A DNA stretch of 64,000 nt. Origin: Vicugna vicugna. Its lineage: Eukaryota. The DNA is taken from the NCBI GenBank assembly GCA_013265495.1, contig MU058337.1, positions 1,108,777 to 1,172,776 on the forward strand. Reading direction: 5' to 3'. Position numbers and translations under genes: made by a program. Positions 22,901 to 35,559 of the stretch are shown here, one piece after another. The notes beneath the pieces are model-generated. The model had not been told where the DNA came from and ran no database searches. It saw nothing but the letters and a program-made list of their open reading frames with translations. Positions within the stretch are counted from its first letter, which is position 1, and each line of letters begins with the position of its first letter.

Positions 22901-25381
22901 TCCTTTTTCAAGTTGTAGCATCTCAATCCAAATAGACGTCTCATTGGCAAAATTTCTTGCAGAAGCACAGAGTGAGATGATATATTTTATGCACTGTGAG
23001 GGCAATATTTGGGAGCAGAATGCATCACAGAACTATGCAATACCTCCCTGAGAAAATCTTCTGCTTAGGGATGGCATTGTCCCATGATCACATGCATCTC
23101 AAGTGACATTTTCCACCTCTTCTAACTGTCATATAGCCACAGTTGAGCCAGGAAAGAAGGAGATCTCTGTGGAAAGTCATATAAGAGCCAAGAGGCTCAC
23201 CTCCTTTATTTATGAGGAAATAAATTAGTTAAATTCTTCTCCCAAATTAGGAACTGCTTATTACTTGAGGAAGAAAAATTAGAATCAAATCATTATAATT
23301 AGTGAACTCCAAGCCTCCCATTAGAATCACAGAAATTTTCCCATTTAAGAATTCTGTTTCGTCTTTGTTTTTTCCAAAATAGTAAAAGGATTCACAAAGT
23401 AAAGCTTCAGTACACTTTGATGACATTAGTATTGAGAAATGGAAAAAGTAGTCCAGAAACCTTCAACTCCTCCAAACGCCAAGCGACAGGCAAGAACAGG
23501 AAGCAGGAAATTGCGACCTGCACTTTCGCCAGTACTGAGCACAGGCTTCGTTCAGCTGCAAATCCTGCTCTGGACGTGCATGAACCGTGTGCTCAAGTTA
23601 GCGCCAAACGTATCTTGTTTGGCACTGTTTAACATTTTCTCTCCTGATTTTGTCTACCAGTTTTTCAAAAAGAATATTTTTAACCATCAGTCACTGAAAA
23701 TCCATGCTTGTGTTTGATTCATAACCTTATTTTGGCATTGCGGTGTGCTGGGTATTCAGAGGACTAACCAGTTTGTGGAACTATTTATATGGGCATTAGA
23801 TCATTTATACAAATTTGATTTTAATTCAGTACTGGTAAATGGGCCATAAAAATAAACGGTGAGCCAATAACAAAAGGAATATGGTTTACTGCCAGAAGGA
23901 ATGCCTAGGGACTGTGGTGGCTTGATAAGTTAATAATAGCAAAACATTAGCTTCCCCCCAAGGCTTTGTCATCTGGGAAAGTGAGATTGTGTGATGCCCA
24001 TTTATAGACGTGCACTTTAAATGTATACTTTTAAAGAGAGAAAATACAAAATGCAGGGAAATTGAGAGACTTCCTGCCTGAACAATGAAGCTGAAAGTTC
24101 AGGTGTGCATTTCTTCTGCCCCGCATCCTGAGAGGACATTCCCTCCATTTCCGTCTGATGGAAAAATCCTGGCTGGAGATGGATTTTTGGTCAGATGTGC
24201 TGGCCATACATTATAAGAAAGGACAATGACATTTTTTTCATGTTTTAAGAACAACCGTATGCACACTTACAATGAAACTAGTTTAATTTTTTGTTTAAAA
24301 AAGGAAAAAAAAAGGTCATTTTCCCCGAGAGTTCTAACAATGGAGTATGTTCGCACAAAGTTGCTGAACGAGATCTACTCAACTCCCCTGCGGAGCTGAC
24401 CTCGGAGGTTCCGGTGGAGACCAAGGTATTGGCCGGGGTGAGGGTGCCTCCCCTCCCTCCAAAATAGGTAAAACTTTAAAAAAATGTCCTCTGATTGAGG
24501 CTAAAGGGTTGTCCCTAAACGTTTTATTCTTAGAAGCAGGAAATTTGATAAAAAGTGGAGAAACAAAATAAGATACTACTTTAAACATTTTTCCTATCAA
24601 TATTATTTAAGTGGCGTTTGGCTGAAATCAGAGGCCAAGAACGCAGTGGCAGCAAGTAGAAATTTTGGATGGAAGCATTTCCAAAGCCCAGAGATGTGAT
24701 GATGGACTGAACATAAAATCACAAAGGTGGGTGAACAGTGGATGCACGCAATTTGGTTATGGATCGAAGTTCTTTAAAGAGAGGAAAATAATTTTGTTGG
24801 AATGAAAATTGAACTTTAAAGAGTCTCTTTTGAATGTAAAATACTTTGAATATTTGCATTTTACAAAAGATTGGTTTTTTGTATATGAAATAGAAGGAAT
24901 AGCCCATGACTGTGGGATATTCCCATGGCTTTGTAGCAGCGTCCCTATAAGGCAAATATAGAGACTGAAAGACAAAAACTCACTTTTCAACAAAGCGTTA
25001 AAGATGTAGGAAAAAAATCTACTATTACTAAACTGGAGAGTGTTGTGACAGATTTTTTTTTGGTTCATATTGATATGGAATTATTTTTAATATGATTATC
25101 ATCTAGCATAAAATAAAAACTATAGAACAATTTGCATGTAATGGTCTAAGGTATTGACTCTTTATTGTGCCGGTAGTTGATTGTACTATGAACCCATAAC
25201 CTTCACTTTTTATACATTCCTCTGAGTTCCAGAGAATGGAGGACAAGTCCTATTAAGAAGGCATGAAGGTAGCAGCGCTATTTACAATGGCCAAGACATG
25301 GAAGCAACCTAAATAGCCACTGACAGATGACTGGGTAAAGAAGATGGAGTACATATATATATATGTGTGTGTGTGTGTGTG

Positions 25382-26227
25382 TAGGAATACTACTCAGCCA
25401 TAAAAAGAATGAAATAATGCCATTTGCAGCAACATGGATGGACCTAGAGATTATTATACTAAGTGAAGTAAGTCAGAAAGGAAAGACAAATACTATGAGA
25501 TATCACTTACATGGGGAATCTTAAAAAAGAGTGACACAAATGAACTTATTTATAAAACTGAAACAGACTCACAGACAGAAACAAACTTTACCAAAGGGGA
25601 AAGGGCGCAGGGGAGAGGGATAAATTAGGAGTTTGGGATTAGCAGATACAAACTACTGCATACAAAATAGAAAAACAGGAAGGCCCTACTGTACAGCACA
25701 GGATCCTACTGTAACGCACCTGTATCCTACTGTACACAGGTCCTACAGTGTATTCAATAGCTTGTACTAATCTGTAACAAAAAAGAATACATATATATAT
25801 ATATATATATATAGGAATACTACTCAGCCATAAAAAGAATGAAATAATGCCATTTGCAGCAACATGGATGGACCTAGAGATTATTATACTAAGTGAAGTA
25901 AGTCAGAAAGGAAAGACAAATACTATGAGATATCACTTACATGGGGAATCTTAAAAAAGAGTGACACAAATGAACTTATTTATAAAACTGAAACAGACTC
26001 ACAGACATAGAAACAAACTTATGGTTACCAAAGGGGAAAGGGCGCAGGGGAGAGGGATAAATTAGGAGTTTGGGATTAGCAGATACAAACTACTGCATAC
26101 AAAATAGAAAAACAGGAAGGCCCTACTGTACAGCACAGGATCCTACTGTAACGCACCTGTATCCTACTGTACACAGGTCCTACAGTGTATTCAATAGCTT
26201 GTACTAATCTGTAACAAAAAAGAATAC

Positions 26228-26249
<22 letters not shown>
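25382..26249. repeat. ~430/438-bp direct tandem duplication
   Basis: Copy 1 is 25382-25811 and copy 2 is 25812-26249. They are identical except for 2-bp and 5-bp deletions in copy 1. Confidence 0.97.

Positions 26250-26289
<40 letters not shown>
26228..26289. repeat. compound (TA)n(TG)n microsatellite
   Basis: Directly visible; similar tracts at about 25353-25382 and 25791-25813. Confidence 0.97.
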
Positions 26290-26291
<2 letters not shown>

Positions 26292-26679
26292 CTGAATCAC
26301 TGTGCTACATACAACACTGGAAATCACCTATACTTCAGTTTTAAAAAAACAAGACACGAAGGGATGAGCATGAGGAGGGCACCCACACAAGGTGGGTGGA
26401 GGCGACAGCCCAGCCCTAGAAGCTGGGACCCCAATGAGGGAAGGAGGGCACCTGGCAGGAGGGCAGCCGAGCGCAGGGAGTCTGAGCCCAGGCGGAGCAG
26501 GGGTGGCATTCACACGAGGAACCGGTCCAGCTCGGCATGGATGCTGCAGATGAAGCAACGTGGACAGAGCGTCCTGTGGGGTCTGGCCTGGCAGGGGTGT
26601 CACAGCCTGAGGGTAGGCGGGACAGGAGGAAAAACAGAAGATTGGCTGCATAAAGGGGAACTGGTCCTACGGGTAAATT

Positions 26680-28035
26680 AATTGAAGGGTTGTATAAGGC
26701 AGTTTTCTCACTGCTGGAAGAGAAGAATTACAAACATGAAAAGAGATAGATCTAGAAAGAATCCTGTGTGATTGCATTTAGCAATGACGTATCAGAGAGA
26801 ACTCATGGTTTTCAATAGCTACAAATAGATACCGAGATAATTTACAAGTAAATGTGTGTATATGCTTATAATAATTCCCTTCTCCCACCAGTGAGAGAAC
26901 TACCTCCTATATACTTAATTACCTTGTTTATCTGCAGGAGTCCTTACTTCTGTCCACTGGGAGAGCCCAGAATAGCGACACCTCGAATACAGCTGGCACC
27001 CCTGGTACCCAGATCTTGGTTTCTAGCACTGTGCTCCCCTGCCGGGAGCTGGGGCTTCTGGGAGAAATGCTTGATTCCAAGACCAGGGTAGAGAGACTGC
27101 ACAAAAAGCCTGGAGCATCTTGTGCCAGAAAGTAAAGAGATGCGCTAAGAAAAGTCGCGGGGGCATGTCAAAGGGACACCGGAGTCGTCTTAACGAGGCT
27201 CTTACTGGTCACATCTGGGACGGTGTGGACGTTAAAATAAATAATGATAATAACTGAGGTAACCCATTGAATAAAAAGAACCTACGAGGACATACTGACA
27301 TTGTGTATCCCTGAACAAGTGGACGGTGTGATGAGGAATGCAGTTTTTATCTAACCTCAAAAACTCCACGCCCCCCCAAATAACTATCAATTACCAAAAG
27401 AAAATGACTTTTCAAAGTGGAGAAGTCTGGCAGACACCAGCTGAATCAACTGATCAATATTAACTTAATCAATAATGCAAGAAATTGAAATTCTCTTCCC
27501 CCGGGTAGGACAAACATCCCGTCTGAGATGTCCCAGCCAAAAATACATGATCTGAGTTCACTTATGAGGAAACCTCAGGCAAATCCAAATTTTGTTCGAG
27601 AATTCTACAAAATAAATGGCCTGTAATCTCCAAAACTCTCAAGGTCATGAGACTCAGGGGAGTGATGGGGGAACTCTTCCAGATTCAAGGATCAATTACA
27701 GCTAAAGCAAGGTGTGATTCAGAACCAAGACATTCTGTCAGACAAGAGCACTTCTGGAACCATTGGAAAGAACTCGAATGGGGTCTGAGGACTGGCTGTC
27801 AGGGCAGCAGGAATGGCTCTCTCCCGACTGTGACGCCTGCATCCTGGTTGCAGAGAAAAGCTCTTCGTTCATTGGAAATACACTCTGAAGTACTTCGGTG
27901 GCGACGTGCGCAATCACACCGGGAGTGTACTCTCAAATAGGCCGCAGGGAAGCGCTTCTTTGTACTTCACTTGCGACTTTTCTGTGAGAAAAGATTGTTT
28001 CAAAATTTAATAAGTAAAAATTAAATTAAAATAGA
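26680..28035 (+). mobile_element. L1MC3/L1MC4-type 3' end
   Basis: CCCAGATCTTGGTTTCTA, GCATGTCAAAGGGACAC, GGAGAAGTCTGGCAGACACCA, ATTCTACAAAATAAATGGCCTG, and terminal TGTACT..CTTGCGACTTTTCTGT..A-rich tail. Confidence 0.85.
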
Positions 28036-28504
28036 AGAGAAACTCGATTGCATGGTGTTGTCTCTTCCAGCTCAGGTTAAAACCAGACAATCAGGACAAT
28101 TTGACCTGGGGGAGAGGAAACCCAAACACTCCAGAGCTCGTGCTTGCGTGCCTCTTAAGTAAGAATGTGTTGCTCTTAAAAAGTGTTTTGTACCCTCCCT
28201 TACCTGTTGTCGGGGAGAGCTGCTGCTTCCTACAATTCATGGTGGTGGAATATTAGTATCTGGTGCGAATCACTGTATCTTTTCAGGACTTCCAGTGGGA
28301 ATTACCATGTGATTACTATACAAGCTGAGCAATTCAAGAATTTGGTTACCATATTTAGATCTGTATATATCCTACAAGGCATTGTGCAAAATTTAGAATC
28401 GGTTCAGCCTGGTCCCATTAGCAGTGTCATACAGTAAGCCATCCTTTTTGTGCCTGAAACTCCTTTAGGGGGGAATATTTATTTGGGTCAAAGTATTCAG
28501 TCTC

Positions 28505-28963
28505 CAGGAGTTTGCATCTCCCCAGCACGGCAAGACCATCCTTCGCCCCGTTCTGCCTTGCTCTGCGTCTCGGGAGGCCTCCCCCTAACAAGTGGAGAAT
28601 GACTTCGGGGTCACCTGGGCTCACCTGCCCCCAGCTCCTCAGAGGTACACCTGCGGGAGTCCCCTCCCTGACTGCAGTTCTCACGGCGGCTGAATCACTG
28701 CTTACTGTCTCTACTGAGAGGCCTCTTTCCAGGGCTCCGGTGCTTCCCCAGGGCGCCAGCGCTTCACTTCATTCCGGACCTTTACCTCTTCAGGCCCAGG
28801 TGGTGCGGTGACAGCTCCCGTGGTAGTCAGCTCCTGGTGCCTTCGCTCTCCTTTGCTGGGTCTCTTAACCCTGCCTCCACCTCAGCAGAACTCGCTTATT
28901 AAACTCACCTCCATCACACCTTTGAGTGTGCCGTCCATCTCTCTCCGAGCCCTGGCTGAATCA
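28505..28963 (+). mobile_element. LTR33-family (ERVL) LTR
   Basis: The 3' end TTATTAAACTCACCTCC..CCTTTGAGTGTGCC..CCCTGGCTGAATCA matches the LTR33/LTR41-type terminus. Confidence 0.7.
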
Positions 28964-30059
28964 TGACATGCAGTTTCTCTTGGAGTATCAGCTAACAAAA
29001 TGTGAAATTTTGGAAATTAGGAATTATGGGATGCCTCATAGAAGGAAAAAAAATTCTACAGCATCAGCCGTGATTCAGAGCATGGGGTGCATCCCAGAAG
29101 GCAGAGCAGGGCTGAGGAAGAAATGTAACGTCAGTGTGAATGAGCTCCTTGGGGCAGAAGAGAAGGTGAGGGAAAAAGAAAAACCTACAAGGAAAGCCAA
29201 CAACATGGGTGGAAATAAACACGGCAGACTGGCCAGCGGTGTTATTTCAGCATCAGCTTTGGTAGTAAACATCCGTCATTAACATATGTGTCCACTCACC
29301 GTACATGGAAACCAGAGAGTTGAAAAGATCCTTAAGACTGTTTGCTGAAAACGGTTCATTATTGTGATGAAAATGCCCTCCAGTTGGGGCAAATCAAATT
29401 AGAGCAGGGAACTTAACTTCTGACCTCCTTGAAAAGTTTTCATCGTCCTCTCTTGGCTAGAATGAAAGTATCATACACCAAGAATGGAAAGTCCAAGTAG
29501 CTCAAGTCGAGTTTCTTTTAAAGCTGTATCTGTAGATGCTTGCCTGGCCTCGATCTGAGCTTCCTAGGGGTGGATGTGCTGCTTTACATAATACTGAACA
29601 GCCAGCACTCATTTTTTTCTAAACTGTAGTAGATTTTTTTAAAAAAGGAAAAAAAATATGAGGACCCCATCATCTACTGAAGCAACCATCTTTTTTGAGA
29701 TGGAAACTAAGATGTGGGTCAGAACTTGGAAGAGCAAGGTCACATAGAAATGGGCAGAAACATCAACCAGCTGCCAGGAATTCTTCTTAAAACATTCATC
29801 AAAACTGCCCTTAAATTGGGTTCAGGTGGAAAGACATGAAGACACACAGGTGAGTACTCATATTTCATGTCTTCTATGATGCTACGATCTTTTACAATTA
29901 CTAACGTTTAGTACCAACACAGATAGGTGAAACTATCTCAATGAACATAATTTTTGATACAAAATTATTCGACGACTTGGCTGTAGGCATGTTAGGCTTC
30001 TCCACCACCCTGTTTTCAGAAGGAAGGAACTTGGTGGTTTGGAAAGTCACATGCCTTGT

Positions 30060-30290
30060 CAAGAACCTGGTTTGCTGGTGGAGCAGGCATTGGGGACTGC
30101 AGCCCAGGCTGCCTGGGTCTCCTGGGCCTCAGTCCTGATGCTGACACGGGAGAGCAGCTTGTCACAGTCCACGGCAAGCCCCTCAAACTCCCTGGGCATC
30201 CGCTTCCTCATCTGTACAACAGGGATCATAATGACCCTCGAGTGGTTATTGTATCAAATCAGTAACGCATCACATTGGCTCTTTCTAAAG
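30060..30290 (+). mobile_element. MIR SINE
   Basis: GGCTGCCTGGGT...GGCAAGCCCCTCAAACTCCCTGGGCATCCGCTTCCTCATCTGTACAACAGGGATCATAAT. An oppositely oriented MIR piece follows at about 30340-30460. Confidence 0.75.
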
Positions 30291-32347
30291 CTACATAGTC
30301 GTAGTCGAAGACTCTATACCAATGATGTTACTATTCTTATCCTGATGTTATGTAATATTTTCCATGTACCTGAAGAGAAAGCTGGAGCCCAGGGTTGCAA
30401 ACTGACTTGTTAACAGTCACTCAGGAGGTGATTCCAGAATTGGGTCTCAGTTCCAGTGTGTATAGAGTATGTATGGATTCTGCTGAAATTTTACTTCAAA
30501 ATCGCAGTCTTTCTGAGAAGTAGAGTCAGTTATTTTTCCTTCTATTTCAAGGCCCATTTCTCCTAAACCTACAACCCCCGTCACGCCTCCTTACGGAGTC
30601 TTACAGCATGCCTTGCACTATTAGGAAGTAGACCCTGAAAGAAAGTTTCCACCAGGTCTGATATTTGAATATGGTTCCTGAAGTTGTCAGCTTCCTGTTC
30701 ATGAAATTCCTACCAAAGCTTTGCTGCGACTCACGGTAAAGACCTAGACTGCAAGACGGGGCAAACCAATTTCACACAGCGTCTGGCAGAGCACACCCAG
30801 AGGGAGGTGCGCAAGGGCTTAGCAACGCTCGTGATGGCTGTGACAGCCACAAAGATGGTCTCTTGTCTAGACATCATGACCTGGTCCATGAAATGTCATG
30901 ATATAACGAAAAATCTTATTAACACCTAAATAGTTATATAATAATGGAGGGATTTCACATTTTCAGACATCTTAAGATGTCACATGTCACCTCCCACGGT
31001 TAGCCGGATGGAGTCCCCAAAACGTGTGTCCCAGGTACTCTAAAATAAATAAGCATCACAGAGCAACTGTAGTGCAGTATATCAGTTATTCCTCAAAAGC
31101 ATTCGTTTCCCTAAAATAGATCTGTCTTTCTCTTATGCCTTCATTTTGGCTACTAATAAACATCTTGAGATAGATGGACCTAAAGACAGGGCATGTTGGA
31201 CTTCTGAACTCCATCACGGCCTCGGATAATTAAGCAGCAGACAGCACCCCGATGTTGTAAGTCTGGGTTAGTCCCAATATCTCCTGTTCCTTCAACATTT
31301 CTATATCACAGTCACAGCGATATGAGAGTGACTGTCACCTGCATCTGGTACACTGCAGACGCGTGCCTCGTCACCCTAGCAAGAACTGTTAAATGGCTCT
31401 GGTCTGGCTTGACATGTCCCACGGAATGCGCAGTCACCAGATTCTTCTTGAAATACTCAGTCGACTATAAGGATTCATTGTATATTTTGGCCAAATTTCA
31501 CAATAGTCTATAGTTTCTAGAAATTCCAGAAGGTTTGTAATATTTGCCATTCTTTAGTCAGGGAAAAAAAAAACCCTCAGAGAATTCATATATTTTTTAA
31601 AATTATAAAGTTTTGCTGAGATTGCACACACATTTAACACATTCAGACATAATTCTCATGTACATAGAGGTTTGGATGTATTTACACTGGTTGGTTTTGC
31701 TTTAAATATTCTTTGTAGCTAAGTTGCATTTTGTTTTTTTTTCGCCGCCAGATCTTTGCAGTTTAGGACCCGCCTCTGAGCTGAAGGCACCAAAGCAAAA
31801 TGGGAATCACACAGATTTGGCCAATGTTACATCCTATTTCCCAAAGGCCCAGGCCTCTTTTGTTCTTGTAGCTTCAAACAAACAAAAAGCTCTATTTTTT
31901 TCCAGCACTTTTCATGAACTTCATTTGTCACGGGTTTGAGCCTCTCCTGACATTGTTCTTACAGGTTTGTTTTAGGCTCTCATGTCTCCGTTTCATTTTG
32001 CATGTCTACACCACACTTTTAGAGGATAAACACATTTCGTGCAGTTCATCAGAAGCTGAGTCACGGATGAGTACAATCAAGTCAACACGAGACACGAAAA
32101 TTCTTACGGGATTGACACAACTTTCCAGACCCCATTTCCTGATGTTCGCCGCTTCCTTCTTCTCTCAGGAGTGATTCCTCAGGCAAGCCTTTCTGGGAAA
32201 GCTCCTGGCAGGGGCCCTGAGCATTCTGGCCTGGGAAGCCCCTAGGGTTCCATGAAACACCTCCCCAGCATCACCCCTTTTAGCTGTTGGAGTGTTTGTT
32301 TTCACGAACTCCCAGTGCTGCTCCGAAGAAGCAAAGTGAGCTGGGCC

Positions 32348-32486
32348 TTCACTCACTCACTCATTCATTCATTGAACAAATATTTATTGAGTGCCTCTTA
32401 CGTGCTGGGCACTGTTCTAGGTGCTTGTAAAATCTCAGGGAGCAAAGAACAAGAGCCCCTGCCCTCCTACAGCTTGGCATTGTAGA
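32348..32486 (-). mobile_element. L2 3' end
   Basis: CATTCATTCATTGAACAAATATTTATTGAGTGCC..GTGCTGGGCACTGTTCTAGGTGCT. Confidence 0.9.
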
Positions 32487-35214
32487 CCTTCTAGCGGGTC
32501 ACGAAAGTCAAAAAGACAGAAAACTTCAGGCAGAACTAACAGCACACGTGAGAGCCAGGCTTCAGAAGACAGCCCAGCAGCTTACAGGAAATGTCTGCAA
32601 ATTCTTCAAAAGTTCTGGAAGGGAACCTACCAGGTGAGGAGCAGCTGGGTGCCTGGAGGGGTGGGGCTGTCCCATCTAGAAGGCAGTGGGTGTTCTGGGG
32701 TTCGCCAAGGTTCCTGTACATAATAAACAAAAACTTATTGAAATCAAGTAAAAAAGCTCTGACAGTTTAAATTTTGAGAGGTACACTAGTTCTTATAAAA
32801 ACTATGAATATTGGGGAAATTGGTAGCCTTTTGATGAATGAATAAATGAAGGAAGGAAGGAGTGACAGAATGAACGGGAACAGTCAGGTATGAATTTTTG
32901 AAAGACAACTGTTGTGTCAGTTTACAAAGTAGAGTTGGATGGAGAAAGGAGGTAACTAGATAAAAAAGGAGCACGAGGCCCAGGAGGGAGTGACAAGGAT
33001 GAAAAGTCCTTGCCTCGGCGTTGCCCCAGGCGCTGCACTCAGGGAGTCCAAGGGAGCCATCGCTGGACCGCACGCGAGCACTGCCCCCGGCGATGGGCGG
33101 TGGGCCAGCCTTGGGGGGAGCTGTGGCAGGGACGATGGCAATGAAAAGTGGGAGCAAGACGAAAGACACTCGGGTCATACAAACAGATCGGACTTGCTGA
33201 CTGGTTGTTCTTTCAATTTTATGGCTAATGATTGAAGTACTGAAAATTACTTACAGTTTTCCCTTAAATTTTATTTGAGTGATCATAGTATTCCTTCTTA
33301 GGTTAATATTCTCAAACTATTGCCTACAGATATGATTTTGGAAAACTGAAAAAGCATTTTTTTTCACTCGCTAATTACTGAAAACCTAACACAACAATTT
33401 TATCGCTGTATCGGTATCTGCCAGTTGAATCCAATGTACACTTTAGGTCCTCCGTGAAGACTCTGAATTTACCACGGTTGCCCCATGACTTCCCATTGCC
33501 CTCTCTTCACCTACTCAGCTGCTGCATTCAGAGTCTTTAACATACCGCTCAATGCATGATCCTATATTGCTTTCCACCTATTTCTCGCTAGCTACTATTA
33601 GGTCCACAACACTTATAATTGCCCCGAGGGTTATGAGGTTAGAGGTCAGAGGTTGGTTAATGGAAAATGGGGGTCATGTCATAAAATTTATGTAATTCAT
33701 CTCATCATTCAAGTTTTGCAAAAGCCAAACCTCCCTCCTAAGGAAAATCTTTAATGTTTTAAATTTATCTTTTCAGTCAAACGATTTTTGAAATGTCTTC
33801 ATATAAAAATTAACGTGTGAGAAAAGATAGTAAATGTCTTCTCATCTTAGCATTAGAATGATAAAAAGTCACTGATCTGTTCTTTTGGGGGCCATTTCAT
33901 TTTTTCATCTCTAAAGTTTATTGCAAGATCGTAAGATTTCATGTTTCTCAGTTTCTATTTCTAATGTGTGGATGTTATTTCTATATTTGTTAAAAATGTG
34001 TCTGCATTTTGCACATTTCTAAGATGATCTGCAGGTGTGAAGTTTCTGTTCAGATTTTTAAGTGAGTTGGTTTTTGAAATCTTATCTTTACATTGGAAAC
34101 GCCAAGGTGCTGGGGGCTGATTTATTTTTCAGAAGGCTGGCTTGACTTTTAATGGGTTATTCACTTTAAAAGCAAATTTTAAATGTTTATTAAAAGTCTC
34201 ACTAATAAAATTTTGTTGCTCATCTTCAGGTCATGATTCGAGACCTTTGGCGAGATGAGGGGACTGCAAACCAGGTGGCACAGTAAATCTGGTTAGGAAT
34301 GAAAAAGGGTCATTTATTTCCCAGCCATTACTGAAATTTCTTGGAATAATTCTGGAGCAGGCAAGGGTAGGGGAGCATATTAACCGTATTGGCTGTAAAC
34401 TGACTTGATACTTGAGATGCATGCAGTGTTACTCTCAGGTTTAGGTTCCATTAAGGGGTCCCAGGCAACAAGCAAAACCCTCTTCAGTGGATAGTTATAG
34501 GTCAAGGTCAGATCATGGACACAAAGGTCATCTGATTGCAACCTCCATCACCCCAGGGTCAGAACGGTCGAACTTCGCAACGTCTTCCTTCCTCACTAAC
34601 CACTCCCCATGCTCTCCTGAAACGGAGCTTGCAATAACAGCACACGGCCGAGAACAAGAGGGTTGCTATATGGTCAAGGCTGTCTCAGTGGCTCTGCAAC
34701 CCCACTAGAAGTCCGGGCAGACCTACGCACAAATTTTGATCTCATGCCCAGAATCATTCCGCTAACCCACCTGTGCTGGCCTGATAAAGCAGAGGCAGAA
34801 GCCAAGACAGCAGGAAAAGGACTGGGAGTCAGATAATACATCTCAGCTCAGCCTCAGTCCTATTGACTTATGATATTGACCTTTCTGATCTCTGCTTCCT
34901 CATCCTGCGAACTGCTCGGCCACGGCAGCTCGGGAAAGAGGTCAGGACCAAAAAACATTGGCAAACGTCCGCAAGCTATTTATAAGACTCACGAAAGCCA
35001 CTTCGTGAACTGCACTTTAAATGGGTTTTTTTTCCTATGTTCACGGTGATTCTCTTATTTGATGGTGGACTCCTTGAGGACATGTCTCCTGGCTTGGTTG
35101 TACTCAACCATCCTACTGGCATTTTGCCTCACGTGTAGAACAACATAATCACGGAACCTCAGAAAGGTCTCGAAACTGTCAGTCACCAATCAGATCCTTG
35201 CCACTTGGCTACAT

Positions 35215-35559
35215 CGTTGTGGTTAACTTTACATGTCAACTTGGCTAGACCATGGTACCCAGTTTTTGGTCAAACACCAGTCTGGATGTTACTGCGAAGG
35301 TAGTTTTTAAATGAAATTAACATTAAATCAGTTGACTTTGAATAAAGCAGATTACTCTTCATAATTTGGGTGGGTTTCCCCCAGCTATAAGTCTTAAAAG
35401 ATTGAGATGCCCCAAAAAAGAAGGAATTCTGTCTCTAGGCTGCCTTCAGATTCAAGACTGAAAATTCAACTTTTCCTTGAGTTTGCAGACTGCTGGCCTA
35501 CTCTGTAGATTTTGGACTTGCCAGCCTCCATAATCACACGGAAAACCCTGCCTAAGACA
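35215..35559 (+). mobile_element. MLT2 (ERVL) solo LTR, internally deleted near its 3' end
   Basis: GTGGTTAACTTTACATGTCAACTTGGCTAG...TAAAGCAGATTACTC..GGGTGGG...GATTTTGGACTTGCCAGCCTCCATAATC..CCCTGCCTAAGACA. Confidence 0.88.

Larger units (their letters stand above)
25270..26347 (+). mobile_element. artiodactyl L1 3' end with internal tandem duplication and microsatellites
   Basis: GCAGCGCTATTTACAATGGCCAAGACATGGAAGCAACCTAA...GGAATACTACTCAGCCATAAAAAGAATGAAATAATGCCATTTGCAGCAACATGGATGGACCTAGAG... ending in an A tail. Degenerate TSD AAGAAGGCATGAAGG (25255-25269) / AACAAGACACGAAGG (26348-26362). Confidence 0.93.

Noticed and set aside
29357..29380. HYCDENAL resembling the Tigger/pogo FNxDETxL motif
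   Set aside because: A single short weak match with no other DDE motifs or terminal inverted repeats found nearby.
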